Shown piece after piece: positions 13,640 to 27,000 of a stretch of DNA of 64,000 bases. The notes under the pieces are model-generated. The model saw nothing but the letters and a program-made list of their open reading frames with translations. It was not told where the DNA came from and made no database searches. The position numbers and the translations under genes were made by a program. The stretch is from NCBI RefSeq assembly GCF_001949145.1, contig NW_019091357.1:3496228-3560227 (forward strand), given 5' to 3'. Origin of the DNA: Acanthaster planci. Taxonomy: Eukaryota. Numbering within the stretch: position 1 is the stretch's first letter; the number at the start of each line of letters is the position of its first letter.

Positions 13640-14290
13640 TTTTTAGGGCGGGGGCGGGGGGGCTTCGCACCGTTCTTCTCCTGCCCCGCCGGACTTTTTC
13701 TCCCGACATATGGTGCTCAATCAGGCTTTGCTGCCACGTGCCGCTTAATGTAATGAATTGCTCTCGTGAAATACTACCTCGTGGTGGCCTTTTCAGCCCG
13801 CTTGCACCGGGTTTTCGCCTCTGTTTTTGCTGAAGAGGCTGTCTTTGGGGCCGTAACTCCGGTCGCTCCCTGTTCCCGAGGAGTGGCTGCAGAAGCCACG
13901 ACCAATCGCGTGGCGTAAAAATCAATTAGGCGCCTGTGTTTCGCCCATCTCAGTTTACAAAAGCAATCGAGTCGGATACATCTCGGGGAAAGAAGAAAAG
14001 AAGAAGAAAAAATGCAGGGACTGGGATTCTGCCAGTGTATGACATAGCGTGCAACGCTTTTTTTTAGCTGGTTACCTATATATGCATGGGGTAGTCTTGT
14101 TTTGTCTAACTCACTAGTGGTTGCTGGTGTACGCGCATGTAAAGCTCGGGGCTCGCCAGAGGGGCAGATGTTCCCCAGTATCGCAAGCGAACTCCCCAAC
14201 TAGCCGGAGCGAGTTTGGTTCAACCCATGGTGGCTTGTTTAACCGACGTGCATCTGTTGCCAGGCGAATGCCCCCAGGTATATAAGGGCC
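13640..14290 (+). promoter_or_regulatory. Putative proximal promoter of the homeobox gene
   Basis: CpG-rich stretch with tandem GC boxes (GGGCGGGGGCGGGG from 13646), CCAAT at 13902, and TATATAAGGG at 14279 followed by GC-rich sequence. A TSS near 14310 is inferred. Confidence 0.55.
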
Positions 14291-14812
14291 TGGACCTCGC
14301 CGGTCGCGCCGAGATAGCGACACCATCGTAACGTCCTTTGCAAGTCGTCTGCAAAAGCACTGGCGCAAAAAAAAAAAAAAACCGCGAAGTGCGCGTCTGA
14401 CTGGCTCGACAACTTAAGGTTTGTTTTCTGTTTTGCGGTTTAAAGTAAATATGACTTTACACTGCGCTGCCGATGCCTCGTCGTGAAGGTTTCGGATCGT
14501 CATCGAATAATGGGCAAAAGCATGAGTCAAAATTGATCAAAGGAGGGACTTTTTATTTTAAGGAGTTGACTCATTCGGCATCACCATTCGATTGTAATCA
14601 TCAACATCCCTACACCAGGGAAACAGTCCGTGAAATCTAAGATTCAAACATCAGAGACGGCGTGAACAAATAAGCGTACCACGTCAAACAGGAATCAAGC
14701 CAAGGCCAACGTGCAAGTCGATAAACTTTGCAAAGACATCCCGAAAGTCCAAAGAAGACTGAAACAATTTTGACGAGGTGACAAAGACGACTCGGGCCAG
14801 CCCATCAACATC

Positions 14813-15023
14813 ATGCCCAAGACAGTCGAGAGTCCGTCCGCATCGCCGTCCTCACCGGCCAGCTTCCATGCCTCGGAGGCCCTCCTTCCCGCAGGTTCCT
14901 CGCCACTTCTCGCCTCGTCACACCACCAGCATCAATCCGCCGCGGCTGCTGCGGCGGTTTTCGGCCTTCTACCCCCGTCGTCGGTGTCTAAATCCCTACC
15001 GGTCAGCGTGGTAACTCCTAGCG
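14813..15023 (+). CDS. Coding exon 1 of the homeobox gene (Ser/Pro-rich, HHQHQ and poly-Ala N-terminus)
   Basis: ATG at 14813 has A at -3 and an in-frame upstream TGA at 14771. Encodes [70 protein letters not shown]. Consensus donor G|GTAAGT at 15024 is phase 1, matching the acceptor at 33696. A TATA box lies ~530 bp upstream. The link across 18.7 kb is inferred. Confidence 0.75.
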
Positions 15024-18000
15024 GTAAGTTGGTCATTTTTCCATACCTTAAATTTTCTTTGAAACGTGAGGAGTTGTGTTTTTATTGAGAGATGTTTATT
15101 TTGCACACATCCACAAACTTCATTGACCTTGGCTTTATCATCTAATTGTTAAACTCATCAATTTTAAAAGCTGCGGCGAAGTTTACTTCGTTTTTTTCTT
15201 TCTGCATAGGTGAAATTTCGTTAGACACAATGTTGGAAAGATTTCCTTACAAAAGGAAGGAAAGGTGTAAACCAGCAAGCTACAAGACCAAATCCCTTAG
15301 TGACATGACGAAACATTTCAATACAAACAAATTTAACAAATAATAGCAAATAAAAAATTATTGCGATTGCTCTCGGCAGAGAGCAAGAAACCTAAACAGG
15401 CAAAGTGTGGGTCAACTGCGGGAGCCCCCCGCTTGCATAATTATTTACATTTAGACTTTCTATCAAAAAAACAGTAACCTTGGCCTTCTCTTATTTTAAT
15501 TTAAGATAACCATACAACATGAGGCAAACTGACCTCTCCCATGTTTGGTTAGTACGGCTGCTGCATTCTCACTGACTTAACAGCAATGCTTAACCTTAAC
15601 CTCCCAGGGTATATGTAAAATCACATTGAAATCGGAGGATTTGGGACTGTTGTGGTGGATATAGAATTTTGAAGAAGTAATGGATGGTTGTACATGCGTC
15701 AACTAAAACTACGAATCACATCGTATCCAAGAACTTCCGAACACGCATGAAGTTTTGCATGCCGAGAAAGAAATGAAGCATAACCTTAGATGCCCAACTA
15801 GCCAGCCCAGAAATCTGAATTGAACATAAGAAAAGAAAAGGTTAATTTCTTGCAGTGCTTCGAAGAACAAGCAACAAAAGGAATGCATTCTGAAGTTGAA
15901 ATGATCAGGAGGGTAAACACGTCCAAGTTGTAACGGGAAAATGTTATCCTTTTGCTAATATCAAGGGACTTTCTATGGAGACCGCCTACTGTTGTCATTA
16001 TTTGATATTCAGTTTAACGTAATTGTCGTAAATACTTTTAAGGCTATACTTGTATAGTTTGGAATACTCAGACCTGTAGTAAACCCCCTTGACAGAACGA
16101 GCACCTCGCCTGATCGCGAACATGAAATCTGCAAGGAGCTCGATTCTAAATTACATCACTTCGGCTTCGGAGGGCTGAAATTTGAACGTTGTGTAAATTC
16201 GCCCACTCTTAAACTTGAAAGAGCCTAAATCCCCAGCAAGCCGTCGGTGTTGGCTGCTAACTTTTTTTACAATTTTTATTTTAACTACCTCTGTGTTCTG
16301 AGCCGAGAGCCGAAAGAGAGCAGGCGCGCCAAAGGGCCGCTTCCGTTGACGGACAAGCGGCGATGCAGACCGAGGGGACTTGGGGAAGGGGTGTGCGAGG
16401 CAGATTTCTTCGATGAGTGAACGGTGGGCTCATATCATCAGAACCGCTAAACCACTTCACTAAAACTCGTTACTTTTTTCCCTGGCACCTTCCCAACGAC
16501 CAGGGCCTTGTAGAAAATATGTCATTGCTTTATCTTTTATGGCCCTTACATGAATTTTTAAGGCATTTTTAAGCGTATGAAATTTGTGCGATGTAAATTA
16601 TGATTGTTCATCATTCTATACACAGGACCACACCGATATGCAAAACGGATCGTGTCGGTAAACATACCCCTCAGACTAAGGGAGTAATTTGTAATGAACG
16701 AAATAGCTTTTGATTAAGAGTTTCAAATTCTAAAATTCCTGGCGCTCATTGTTACGTTAGGATCCACTGCGACAGGAAATCGGTTGTTTTTGCACATAGA
16801 TAAGATTAATGCTAACTCATCTGGATTTGTGAAAAGAAGGCAAATCAGAACTGAAGGAATAGGGACTGTTAAATTTTCACTTTGAAATAGAAGTTCACGA
16901 TCGGTCCATTTGTTTTCTTCCACATTTGCCATTTTATACTAGGCGTTTTTCTTAGCATTTCTTATCATTGTTTTACTATTACTAACCGACAGTTAACACT
17001 GTTATACGACTTTGTATTTATCACAGTAGTCTTGGGGTGATTCAGACGTGCACCCCGGGATTTCAATCACCACACTGACCGCCTATGAAATGAATGTTCT
17101 TCAAACCTTACCCGAATCCCAAGTACAAATAATACATTGTAGCTACTGCACTGAAAACGAAATAAAAAGAAAGAACATTTCGAAGCCAATGCCGATACCT
17201 GACCAGAGCACCGGAAGTTTACACCTTGAAACCACTATGTCTGAACCGTTTAAAACGGATTTAAGATGTTATTTTCCGAACTTAATTGAAATTAATGGAA
17301 CTGAAATCAGAAAGAGAGGTTTCCGCCCAGGAGTTTTGCTTCGATAGGCCTACGTGAAACAACTTATTGACATTAGATCATAAATTAACGGCTGATTATG
17401 GCCAGAGGTAGTATTAGTCCCTAGAAGTAAAAGTATCAAAGAGTATAAATTTTGATACTTTTGTCTAAATATTTTGTCTAAATATTTTGTCTAAATATTT
17501 CATGGCAAAAGACAGATCATGAGAGAAAGAAGTTGGTAGAGTATGCACTGTGAATGAACGTTGGAACGCTAGCCTCGCCACGCGGCCAGTGTTTTTGCCG
17601 TTCAAACTAACTAAAACCTAAAGGTGAACGGTTAAACGACTCCGTTTTTTAAGGATTTAAACTTCATTTGTATTCTGAATGTATTCAAACATTTTAGAGC
17701 TATTTGACTGTCTCGACGTTTGTGATTAGTCATGCCATGTTCCTTCCGTGGTTTGCATAAATTAGCATATATGAAGAGAACTCATTCAGTTAGTAGTCAA
17801 AACGTTTGGAGTAAGATACATCTTTATTTGCCAGCTTTGTTGCTAAACATTTGAATAAACTGTCTATGCCGACAGTCTTATGGGAAGGTCAGGCTGAAGT
17901 AGGGTCTGCAAAGGACTTCGATCCGTTTAATACATTCCAGAACACTCGTCTGCTACGTTAAGTTACACAATATGCTGTTGGAAGTATTTTCCAATTTAAA

Positions 18001-21000
18001 TACCAAACTCAGCACGTTTGATTTCAAATCGAGGAGAGGCCAATCGAGGGTCCACAGGGGTGTCTCGGTCCCCTTTGGTTAAAGTCACCGTCTCGGTAAT
18101 TATCCCCTGGAAGATGAGAACTCTCCTGTTTCATGGTGTATAATTTGCCGTTTACACAAAATGTATTCAAGTACAGCAACAGTGGCCGCACGGTGGCGCT
18201 TGTAGATTCACACCATTTTGTCAGGCAATGTGACGTTAAAGTGTATCTGACATGTTGCAACACTATACTGAGTTCGTCTAATAAAATGAAGGAAATGGCG
18301 CATGACTGTGACACAAACGGACGTCGCTAATCGATCGCTTCAGTAAAGCGAAAGGAAAATTGTAGAAATCCGTCATATAAATGGCACAGGTGAAAGTTCA
18401 TACTATTATTGTATTCACTTATGTTCAGTCTTTTAATTACTTTTTTGAAAGATTAATCTCGGCAATATGAATGATTGGTAAAACGGCTGGGAAGGGCTTC
18501 TTGGCAACAAACTTCGATCTCAGTATGGGTGCAGCGCGCAAGTTATGATTTTCATGGAAATTTGTCCTTTAAAAATGACAAATATAAGAAAAGACAATAA
18601 AAAACAAAGAAACGAAACCGGTGCTCCGCGCGAACATGCATTCAGCGACGAGCATGGCCTTTCGCCTTTGACCCTCGGTTGACCCCTTGTCAGTGGATGC
18701 ATGGGTTTAACTCTCCCCGGCGCACATTTTATACATCAACGGTGTTTCTTTTTTTCTACGCGGCTGGATTAGCCCAGCACGTGCCCTCACACCGAACATT
18801 TCAGTGGCGTCTGCCCATGTCAGACGGTAGGCTTTGAGGCCAATTGTCGCAACCTTTTGCGAGCACGTGGCTGGCGATCCTCCTTTCCTCCGGACCATTT
18901 ATCTGTTGGTTTGTCGATTACAGCTCGGTTTCTCGCCCTCCATACATCATTTTTTTTGGCATTTGTAATTGCGCGGTTGGATTTCAACAAAAGACGTCAA
19001 AGCTTCTCTTTTTTGATATTGTTGGACAGCCCATTCTGGGTTCATGCCCAGCTGCTTGCGTCACTGTGTGTGTCACGGTCTATGTATCTATTTCTTTATC
19101 ACAATCTGTCACTGTCACTTTGAAGATTAACTTTCTTCCTCAAGCCTTTCACTCTGGGTTTCCGTCTAAAGATTGAGGTTTCAGTGCTGCTGTCACTATT
19201 CCTGCAACCAGTTTATCAGTCAAAATTTAATTAAGTTCTTCCCCGTAGTTTCGTTGCTCTCGCTACCTGTTAGTGTAGGTAATGACAAAAAAAAACGAAC
19301 GCCACAACAAAGATGGACCTTACAAAATGCTACCACACGGAACATTCGCCAGAAATAGCCTCCCCATCAGCAATATCATCTTCAAGGAAACCAACAAGAT
19401 AATTAAAACCTTTAAAGAAGCAAAAATAGCAACAGTTACAACGAGAAACCAACAATGACAATAGAAACAGCAACAATTTTGCAGTTACTCCAGCAAAATC
19501 AACAGGAAAACCAATCTTTACCACGGATGGAAAACGTCCCGAATAAAGAAAACAATAAATAAACAAAAAGGCAAAAAAGAAAAGCACATGAAGAACCGAA
19601 GAAGACATAAAAATCAATCGTCGCAACAGTTCAAAATAAAGCGGCCATGGAATGAATGAAAATAGAGATATATACATTTATCGCATGTTACTCAGGGTTT
19701 TACCCCAATTCATTGCTTTCGTTCTTCTTGGTCTCCGAGTCACAGAGGAGCAATTTCGCCCATTTTACGCCCGTTTAAGTTTTAGTGGAGCGAGGGTTTC
19801 ACGGCAGAGCAGTCATGTATCACATTACGAATTGTGACTCATAAACGCACACTTTATTGATTCTTTTTAGTTGTACTCGTGCGCATAAAGGCATCAACAA
19901 TCCACTGATAGGTCGAGTGTGGAACCCGAAGAAACGAAAAACGCGGTTCATCATCAATCAGCAAGTTGTATGCGATAACACAGTTGTACTTTGCCACTCG
20001 GGCATGCATCAACCCCTCGCACGCCTCCTCCGAAGTTGTAGTTCTCCCCCCCCCCCGGCCTGTCCTTTGTACGGGAACAAACACGACTATCGCCGGCACT
20101 TGTCTGCGGGCGCAGCCCGCTGCTGTAGCTGCGGACGAAACTTTCACTCCAGCCCGACACCCTGCCGTCCAACGCCCTACTACCCCCAATAAAATCTCAT
20201 AAAAATTACAAGTGGCAATTAAGCGCTTTCAGGAGCTGTCACAACGCATGTACGTATTCTGCAGTATCGAACTGGTCAGAATCGATGCTTGTCAAACTGA
20301 GCGGACGCTAAATGATTTGATCTGCATTAACACCGAATGCGACACTATGATAATGTTGGACATTGTTGCGTCTGACGGGGGGAAAAGAGTCCAGTGGCGA
20401 GTCACCGTCGATCCCCTCCAGGCAAAAATACCCAGTGCTCGCCGAAGAAGTCGCTTTTGTCCCGTTGAGTTTCAGCGGGTGGCGTGGAGAGTTGAATAAA
20501 TCCACTAGATAAACTGACATTGTTCGGTCCGGCTAACCGGACCAGTTTTGTTATTGTTGTTGTCCTTGTGTCTACGTCTTCACACGAGGTGAAGTTTTCT
20601 GTTGTTGGGCATCAGCCGGGGGCACAGTTAAATAAACTTGGCCATAAATTATTGATGACCAAATATTATATGAACGGGTGTAAGCGTGTTTGTGCTGGGG
20701 GTGTATCCGCTCTGAGAAAAACAGTTGAGGGCGTTCTAAAGGCGCGTGTGTCTGGTAGACATGCATGCAATATTTATCATGCCTGGCTACCAGGAGTGTA
20801 TCATCCCTCATGTATAAAGTGCATGTGCTCACACTTTTCTTGATATCCATTAGCGGAAAGCAACCATATATATGTAATTACACGTTGTGAAAATGAGTGT
20901 ATCTTGGTACAATGGTCTAGAGACAGAGGCATTCATTGGAAGATTCAAATAATCTTACGACATCCCCTCCATCCTCCTTTGACAGCTTCATGCGCGAAAG

Positions 21001-24000
21001 TGGCCAAATGTCGGGGTGAATTACAACTAATACAAAATTTTTCCGGCCACCAAGCTTTCCCCTTATTATGTGCAAGGGCACACCTTACTATTATTTCATG
21101 CAACTGTTATATTTGTCTGGCACAAGGCGGCGCTAGCCAACCGTGATTTCATGACACTGACCCCGGTGCTACCATCAGACGAACCCGCTATAACCTTGGC
21201 ACAAACGAACGAGGGAACCTTTGATACAGCCCCGTTACACATCCACATGTTCCTCTAGCGGGTGTTATTAGTTCTTGACCTGGTGGACAAAGACCCAAGT
21301 GGGTTTGTAAAAAATCTATCGGTATTAATTTATTCATAGCCAAGAGCAAATTGAGTTCAGTGGTCTTTGTAATTTTAATTTGTGGTTGGCAATCATTGTT
21401 ACATGTAGTGCGCGCACGTCTGGCGGTATTAAGCTCAATTTTTAACTGGGGACGCCTTCTACTGAATGTTGAGAAATTAAACATAGGAAACCTTCGTGTC
21501 CTTTCAGCCTGAATTACGTCGCGGGAAGTATCAAAACAGCATCCTTACCTTTTAGGGAAAAAAACCCTGAAGATGCTGTAGTCAAGTCTTGCAAGTCAGG
21601 CACGACTCAATCACAATACATCCGTCACATACATTATTCGCCTTTTGATTTGACTTTTTGATGAACTACAACTTTATCGATCAAAGTGGCGCAAACTAGG
21701 ACACAACCTGATTTTCCTCACTTGAAAATACAATCTCAAATTTCATAAAAGTTAATTTGAACGGACGTGCCTCACAAACAAAATGTTTTAATGCATGTTT
21801 ATTTCAAAGTATTTGACTACTAGTGCACCTGTGTACAGGTTAGCGGAAAGAAGCTGAAGGGTATAAAAAGCGTTCGCAAGAGTGAAAATATTCATCATCA
21901 CCGGACAAAGTTTCTGGAACTAATGCTTTCCAAGGGTGGTGTTATTGCAATAAAACTTTTCGACGTTCGCAACGCATTATGGGTTTGGATGACAAACAAA
22001 GCATAGATGTTACGCACAACCCTATCGGTGAAGTGTGCCTGCAAAACGTTAGTATGTTTCCATTTTGTTTCATACACCAGTTCAAGCCATCCTCTTCTCA
22101 CAGAGTGTTGCATTATAGATTTGGGATGAAGATATTTACAAACTTCGAAGTTAAAAGCTTAGCTGAAAAGTAAACTTCAGGGAATCCCCTCCAACAACAC
22201 AAGTTTTTGTCCTGGACCGTGCTTTGACTAAGATCGTGAATATCAATGCCCAGGTATTGGCCAATCAAATCACGACCTGTAGCTCGTTCATAGAGCATTA
22301 AAAGATCAACGTTATTTTCAGCCAGAATGAATAGTGCCCTTAAAAAAAGAAATTAAGGGTGATTTGTCTTCTTGCAAACATTTGAAAATTGTTTGTTATT
22401 TTGAAATCCTTCCTTATATACTACGCATGCATCTGTGAGGTGATGAGCAAATACTTTAAAAATAATCTGAAGACAACTGAAATTGATTTTTTACTGGTTC
22501 ACTTTTCCCTTTGGTTTATGCACAAAATACATGGCTTGTTTGTCATCCGAGCCCCATAATGCATTGCGAACGTTGAAAAGGTTTATTCTGCGACTAGAGG
22601 GAAGAAAGAGAAATTCGAATTCATTAGGGCAATTCGGAACATGTGTCATTGGCGATCATCCACGGTAATTTCGGCTCTCCCTATTAAGCTGTTCCTTGCG
22701 CCGGTCATTAGCCCGCGCGCGAAAGGGGACGAGGGTGCCCGCTGACCGCACACCGACACGCACTTGCGGTCCGCTGACAAAAGTGGGGCCCGTCTTTAAA
22801 GTTAAACACACACGGACACAGAGCTTCCTCACTCCCTCGGGCAGGGATTTCGCCGAAGTTTGGTTCGCAACGCCGCTGTAAATGAAAGAAAAAAGAAAAA
22901 AAAGGAGGAGGAAGGAAAAGAAACGAAATAAGGCAACATGCGGCTGAGAGAGGACACATTTTACAAGTTGCAGCGAAATAAGAACTTTATCCCCCAAAGT
23001 TGTGTAATTGTAAATTTTTACGAGGGGCACGCGCGTGCACTGTGTGACAGGGGCTATATACCCTTTTTATCCCATTTTGGGATGGCGCTACCTGAGGATA
23101 TGCGCTTAGGTAATGTCAACAATTTAGTTCTTCACTTCTTAGTTGCATTCCGGTTAGAATTCAACCACAATTAGTCGTCGGCCCATAACTCTACGCGAGT
23201 ACCCTCAAACTTTAATGTTGCAAATTCACAGAAATGAGAAACTTAATGATTTCACTTTGTTCAACCGAAAATTAAATCTGAAATCTAAGATTTTACGGAG
23301 TTTCTTGTCAAGTAATGGGAAAATTTGGGATTAACTGGTCCAATGACTGACATACTTTAAATCAAAAAAGCAGATCCGCTGCAGAATCCGCTTTTTACAA
23401 ATTGGAATTTTGCTTTTTATAATTAAACTGAAGACTTTGCGGCAGCATTTGGTAGGCCTATTGAAATGAATAGTAGGACAAAAGGAAGCTTCGGCATTAA
23501 GCTTCAAGTATATATTCACAATTGTGTCTCACCGCATTTCACCTGTACATAAAATGACCGGTGCCTTCACCTTAAAAAAGAGTGAAACAGTTGACCGGAG
23601 ACGGTCCTGAACAGCGAAATTCCTAAGGCATCCTTTCAACGCGTTCCAAATGCTCAGGGAGTGAAAGCGTGACTACCCCTGCGCCACGCGAGCGCCTAGC
23701 GTTGTCCTCAGGCACACCTCAACGGTACCGCCAGCACAGAAACCTACTTGTGTCTGTCTAATCACGCACCTGTTGGATACCCAAGTGATTTGGGATCGAC
23801 CACTCTGATTTTTTTTTTTACTTCTCTGTCCTTTTTGAGCCGATTACTGTTATTTTCTGGGCCGGCAACCGGTCCCCGAACAGTCGTCACGTTTAAATGT
23901 TTACGGCCGTTAATGACCCTGTTCCCGCGTGCTGAGGCGGAGAAGCGTGAAATGGCCGGGTTGTCGCCGGTCGGCTCGCGGCAGAGTGGCCCGGATGAAC

Positions 24001-27000
24001 TCCAGGTCTTACCAACCATGGGGTTGGGTCAGAAAAGGTTTGTGTGAGTGGAGTGGGAAGTTTGTCAAAGACAATTTTTGGTTTCAAAATTAAGGTCGAG
24101 GACTTTAAAGTGACTTTTCTATTTGGCTGACGAGGAATGTTTGGGGGCCAGAGAGCATTTACATTGTGCCACCTTATCTTTTGTCACTGTTAATCGTATT
24201 GTCACTACCACCCCGCATTGTCACTCTTGGACAGTGCTCTCGTAACTGGCACAGCCACTGTCACAGTACAGTGCATATCCGTCTTGAGCAGAAGCAACCC
24301 TTCATCGGCTGAACAGGACCAGGTTGGTCGGGAGTGTTCAGCTTGCTGGTAGCGATACGACCGCAACGCGGGCTTTTCGGGCTAACGCGGGCTTGGAAAA
24401 TTGCGCCCTCAATTGGTCAGCTCGGGGCGCATGGGGTCCGTTTGAAATTCCAAGAGTCCTATTCCACACTTGAAGGCCTCGTTCCGTGAGGGGGGCATTC
24501 CACAGTTTTGATAAGACATATAGTTTCAAAAACACAACAGCATCAACCTCCTATAGTTAAAATTCCAAGAGGATGTTTCAGGAGAAAAACTACCAAGTAA
24601 TCTCAAAATTTTCTGTAGAAGCTTAAGATGGGGGTTGTGGGCCTCGATCAGGAGGGGTTGCTTCCGTAATCTTCATTACTACACAATATTCATCAAACTT
24701 AGCAAAAAAACAACCAAAAAACAAAAACACCACAATCCGCTTAACTCTAAAATTGGGGAAAAAAACAATCAATGTTTGTTATTTGGGGATTGACACAGTC
24801 AGTTCTTACCATCACTTTCGTTGCAGTCATTAAAATCATCAACACCATCAATAACATCATCCAAGTACTGACGTTACTGCAGGTTTTTCAGAGTAATTTG
24901 GCTGAAATGAAAAAAAATAACCGCCTGAATGGCAAAAAGCGAATTTCCTTTCAGCCGTGCCTTGGCCAGATAAACACAAGACGAAATATATTAAAGAGAG
25001 AACATCCTGTCATAGCAACTTACACTGCCAACAAATTTAAAATGTGGCTCTGCATTTAACTAGTTTCACAACTTGAAGCCTAGTGAAATTTCAGGACAAA
25101 TCCAGCGAAATCCATGACTATGTGTTGGATTATCTCAATTGAAAGAAGCTGTACAATACTTCCACAATTATGATTACAAAAACAGGATGACTACATTAGT
25201 GGCTGCACCTTGAAAACGGCAGTATATCAGTGGAGAACAAAACATGAATGCCTACTTCAAAAACAAACACAGATTTCATCTGAAACTACAGGGTTTGGAA
25301 AGTATTCACTGAAGACGAGATTCCCCAAAACCAGACCACATGCGATATTCCAGTTTAATTCGTCATAGCGAGAAAAGGGTCGTAATGAAACTCAATTCAG
25401 ACATGTAATCCATACTTGTTTGATAGTAATTAGACTTTTCAATTTGTGCAAGAGCCCATCCGACTTCCGCATCGAGAAGAGGAAAAGCGGAGAAGAGGAA
25501 TTGAAGAAACAAAATATATATCCCGGACATTTGGTTTTCTGCCCCTCAGCCCATCTCCTCAATTCGATTCCAAGTCTAAGTAATTCGGTCTATACTGCGG
25601 ATTAGTGCGGGACCTAGCCTCACCGGGCTCGCATTTCAAGACGAAGTCTTGTGTGTGGGTGTGCTAAGAGTGGTACTTTGCCGACCGTGATGACACAGCA
25701 CCGGCCGAGATGGGTAGGCGATGGCGGCCCGACCGCGTCGAAGACGCGGAACGTGCCTGGGCCAGCACTGTGATGGGACTCCTTTCGGCAAGGGATACCA
25801 ACCATTTTAAGATAATTAAACCGAGTTATGAGGTAACCCTATCCTGACAATCAATATCAAGGACAGTGTAACGAGCATCTGCTCCTTTCAGTCGTTTTTA
25901 TGACACAGATTTATAAAAGCCTCTATGATTATATTACGGAAGAAATCCAGCTACTGACCGCAAATCATGTCGATATTTCGATATTGCCGTCCGTGTGAGG
26001 TTACTTTTTACATTATTTCGTTCATTATTTCGCGTTGATTTTCGTTATGTTTCATTGATATAATATGTGTAGGGTTATTACTCGGTCATTGTACTGCATT
26101 GATATTTGTTAATTGTTCTGTGTCGATATAAAATGTCGTCTATGTCTGGACTTTCATGTAATCTTTTAAAGCATTTTTGTGGTAGTGTCACTGAAATTGT
26201 CACTGCAAGAAATCAGGCTGCATCCGAATCTCTCGTCTAGAGCTAGGTCTAGGTCTTCATTCCATTGGAAATGTGTGGAGACGCGCAGACAATAGACCTA
26301 GCCGTAGCTCTGGAAGCCCGTTTCGGACACGGCATCAGTCTCGGTTTCTTTCTTGTGCACTGCGAAGACACGTGACGGTTCATATTACACAGTTTAAAGG
26401 TAAATCGTATTCGTTACTGAGAGAAACTAATTTGTTTATGCGTTTCCATCTACTGGAATACAAAATTTAAGACGTCTCGTTCACAGGTGGTTGTTTGTTT
26501 TAGGGCATCCTCGTTCCCATGTCACTCCTGCGCTTCCACAGATACTCTTCACACGTTAACGGCAAACCTCGTCAAAAGAAATAGGATGAAAAACAAAAAA
26601 CAAACAACCCAATAAACAAACAAACAAACAAACAACAACCAGTTAAAGTGACACACGTAACGGATCAGAAACATACAGGAAAGAAGAAAACGGTCAATCT
26701 CACAGACAGAGCGTCGACTAGGCAAACAGGCGCCAGAAACTTTCCCTCATCGGACCAAATTAATGTTTTCGACTTTAAAGAGCCGTAAAAAAGGCGGGCT
26801 GAGTGACTCCCAGCTTACGGACCAAAAGTGCCGCTCCTTCCGAATCACATCCAGAAATAGATACACGCAGAGGGAGAAAACCGGGTCAATCGTGTTTTGA
26901 ATGTAACGCCACACCGAAAGGATTAACCCCTTGTCGAATTGAGCGAAGGAAAGGAGACAAGAGGAAGTTACAGGGGAGATAACAAGAAAAGTCTGAGAAA

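Noticed and set aside
17461..17499. Short direct repeats considered as a CRISPR-like array
   Set aside because: Head-to-tail units without spacers, in a eukaryotic intron and with no cas genes.
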